Assembly: GCA_965226795.1 (NCBI GenBank)
Contig: CBDDDZ010000004.1
Location: forward strand, 827,392 to 891,391
Direction of reading: 5' to 3'
From: Candidatus Latescibacterota bacterium
GTDB lineage: Bacteria > Latescibacterota > UBA2968 > GCA-2709665
DNA: 64,000 nucleotides
A program made the translations under genes and the position numbers. This document shows, one piece after another, positions 62,345 to 64,000 of the stretch. Below the pieces are notes generated by a model, which was given only the letters and a program-made list of their open reading frames with translations, did not search any database and had not been told where the DNA came from. Numbering within the stretch: the first letter of the stretch is position 1; every line of letters starts with the position of its first letter.

Positions 62345-64000
62345 AAACACAAGTACAGGAAATCACACTTGAAGGTGCTGGGCGAGAGGTTCTCCTTACA
62401 CCAGGCCTGAATATAATTACCGGACCAATCGCTTCTGGAAAGACTACTCTGGTACGTTTCCTTCGTTTTCTGCTAGGAAGCTCTTTAGGACACCTACCTA
62501 TAGAAGCTCGCTCTAACGTTACGGCCGTTTCTGGGTCAGTAGACTTAAAGGGCAAGTCATATTCAATTGTCAGGCCCGCAGTTACTACGACGACTGCACG
62601 TGTAGAAATCGCCGGTCCAGACGAAACTTGGAGGCTTCCAGCGCGCGAGGCGCCGGACGGCGGTACTTATACAAACTGGCTTCTTAAACAACTAGATCTT
62701 CCGAGAATCGAAGTGCCATCCGCCCCTACAAAACCGGATTCAAATCCCACTCCTGTCAGTATAAACGACTATTTTATGTATTCGTATTTGGCCCAAGATG
62801 AGTTGGGCTTCTCTGTCTTTGGCCATCGAGATCAGTACAAAAACATAAAGAGGAAGTATGTTTTCGACATTACGTACGGATTCTACGACCTTGAGGTCGC
62901 CCAACTTCAGGAACGCCTGCGAATTGTTCACAGTCGCCTTAGGGAACTACGGGCACGCAAAGATCTTTTTGAGACATTTTTCGACGACACGCCACTTGAA
63001 AACAGAGCAAGCATTGAACACGAGCTTCGCGAGGTAGATGGTCAACTGAAAGGAATCGAGACAGCATCGAGAGATCTCGCCTCGGTGCATCAGGAGGTTT
63101 CTGGTACGGCAAAGTTGCAATCTGAGATTCTGAAGCTCCAAAGCCACACAGCTGAATTACAGGCCGGTATTGATGCGGAGCATAAGTCCTTGAATAACCT
63201 ACGAGAACTCACGAATCAATTGGAGTCACAATCGAGCAAGCTAACGCGATCGATTGTTTCACACAAACATCTGACAGACCTTGAGTTCGTCGTTTGCCCC
63301 CGCTGCGGTACCGAACTTACGTCAGACAGAGCGGAGGAGGGTATTTGTCACCTATGCCTACAAGAACCTTCACTTGAGTTTTCTAGGAAAACACTGATTG
63401 ACGAACAGGGGGCAGTGGAACAGCAACTCACCGAGATTCAAGACCTAGTCAGAGAGAGAGAGACACGATCGACTGACCTTCAGAAACAGCTTTCACAGGC
63501 ACAGTCCGATCTCACCAAGAAGCGCTTAGAACTCGAGTTTCAGACTGAGAGCTACGTTTCGGAGCATGCGACCCAAATCGCATCGCTCGCGGCTCAGCGG
63601 GCACGGCTTACCTCGCGGTTGGAGCAGCTACAAGGGTACTTGGATATTCTGTCAAAAACAGATGATTCTCAGAGAATCGCCGCAAAGTTGACAGTAGAGA
63701 AGGACAGCCTGGACCAAAAACTCGAACTTGCTACAGCTAAGTCCAATGAGGGGCAACGCCGGGTAGACCACCTTAAGAATCGGTTTAACGACATCCTAGA
63801 GCAACTTCGTCCCCCCAGATTCGGTGAACTAGAATCATCGGGTATCGATCCGAACACCTACTTGCCTGATTACTATGGGCGAGCGTTTGCTGCGCTCAGT
63901 TCTCCTGGGCTTGCGACGCTCGTAAACTTGGCACATGCACTCGCCCACCACCTTACGGCTATCGAGTTAGATCTGAAGCTGCCACAGATTCTGATAATTG
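62341..64000 (+). CDS. SMC/Rad50-like ABC ATPase (LmuB-like), partial, apparent CTG start
   Basis: Manually translated as open from 62341 to the window end. Contains GLNIITGPIASGKTT, coiled coil, CPRC...CHLC, coiled coil, LSSPG and PQILII. Absent from the ORF track. Confidence 0.88.
   Translation, partial: MKTQVQEITLEGAGREVLLTPGLNIITGPIASGKTTLVRFLRFLLGSSLGHLPIEARSNVTAVSGSVDLKGKSYSIVRPAVTTTTARVEIAGPDETWRLPAREAPDGGTYTNWLLKQLDLPRIEVPSAPTKPDSNPTPVSINDYFMYSYLAQDELGFSVFGHRDQYKNIKRKYVFDITYGFYDLEVAQLQERLRIVHSRLRELRARKDLFETFFDDTPLENRASIEHELREVDGQLKGIETASRDLASVHQEVSGTAKLQSEILKLQSHTAELQAGIDAEHKSLNNLRELTNQLESQSSKLTRSIVSHKHLTDLEFVVCPRCGTELTSDRAEEGICHLCLQEPSLEFSRKTLIDEQGAVEQQLTEIQDLVRERETRSTDLQKQLSQAQSDLTKKRLELEFQTESYVSEHATQIASLAAQRARLTSRLEQLQGYLDILSKTDDSQRIAAKLTVEKDSLDQKLELATAKSNEGQRRVDHLKNRFNDILEQLRPPRFGELESSGIDPNTYLPDYYGRAFAALSSPGLATLVNLAHALAHHLTAIELDLKLPQILII

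Overview
GC-rich bacterial window. The giant cadherin/FN3/LRR surface proteins with DFDGxGxVGFSDF repeats, the PhyH copies and the glycan lyases suggest a host-associated bacterium such as a sponge symbiont (inference). Layout: (1) 1-17.5 kb: two tandem paralogous giant surface-protein genes with a shared stalk and different C-terminal tips, an orphan protease-tip remnant and an IS4 element, all bracketed by a diverged direct duplication of the hisG 3' half. (2) 17-19.4 kb: a methyltransferase-hisI-hisG operon behind an unannotated His leader-peptide attenuator. (3) 20.3-39.4 kb: an intact glycan/amide catabolic cluster bracketed by inverted ~400-bp non-coding elements. (4) 40-57.5 kb: a decaying accessory/defence region with AlbA_2, a frameshifted Avs2-like STAND nuclease, PhyH copies, a thrice-repeated promoter-like element, a UGA/SECIS peroxiredoxin-like gene fused to an IS3 start, and IS1595 with a RelE-like pair. 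(5) katG and bcp. (6) A Lamassu/ABC-three-component defence operon running off the right edge. I saw no rRNA, tRNA or CRISPR array. All family calls are from motif recognition by eye, not database searches.
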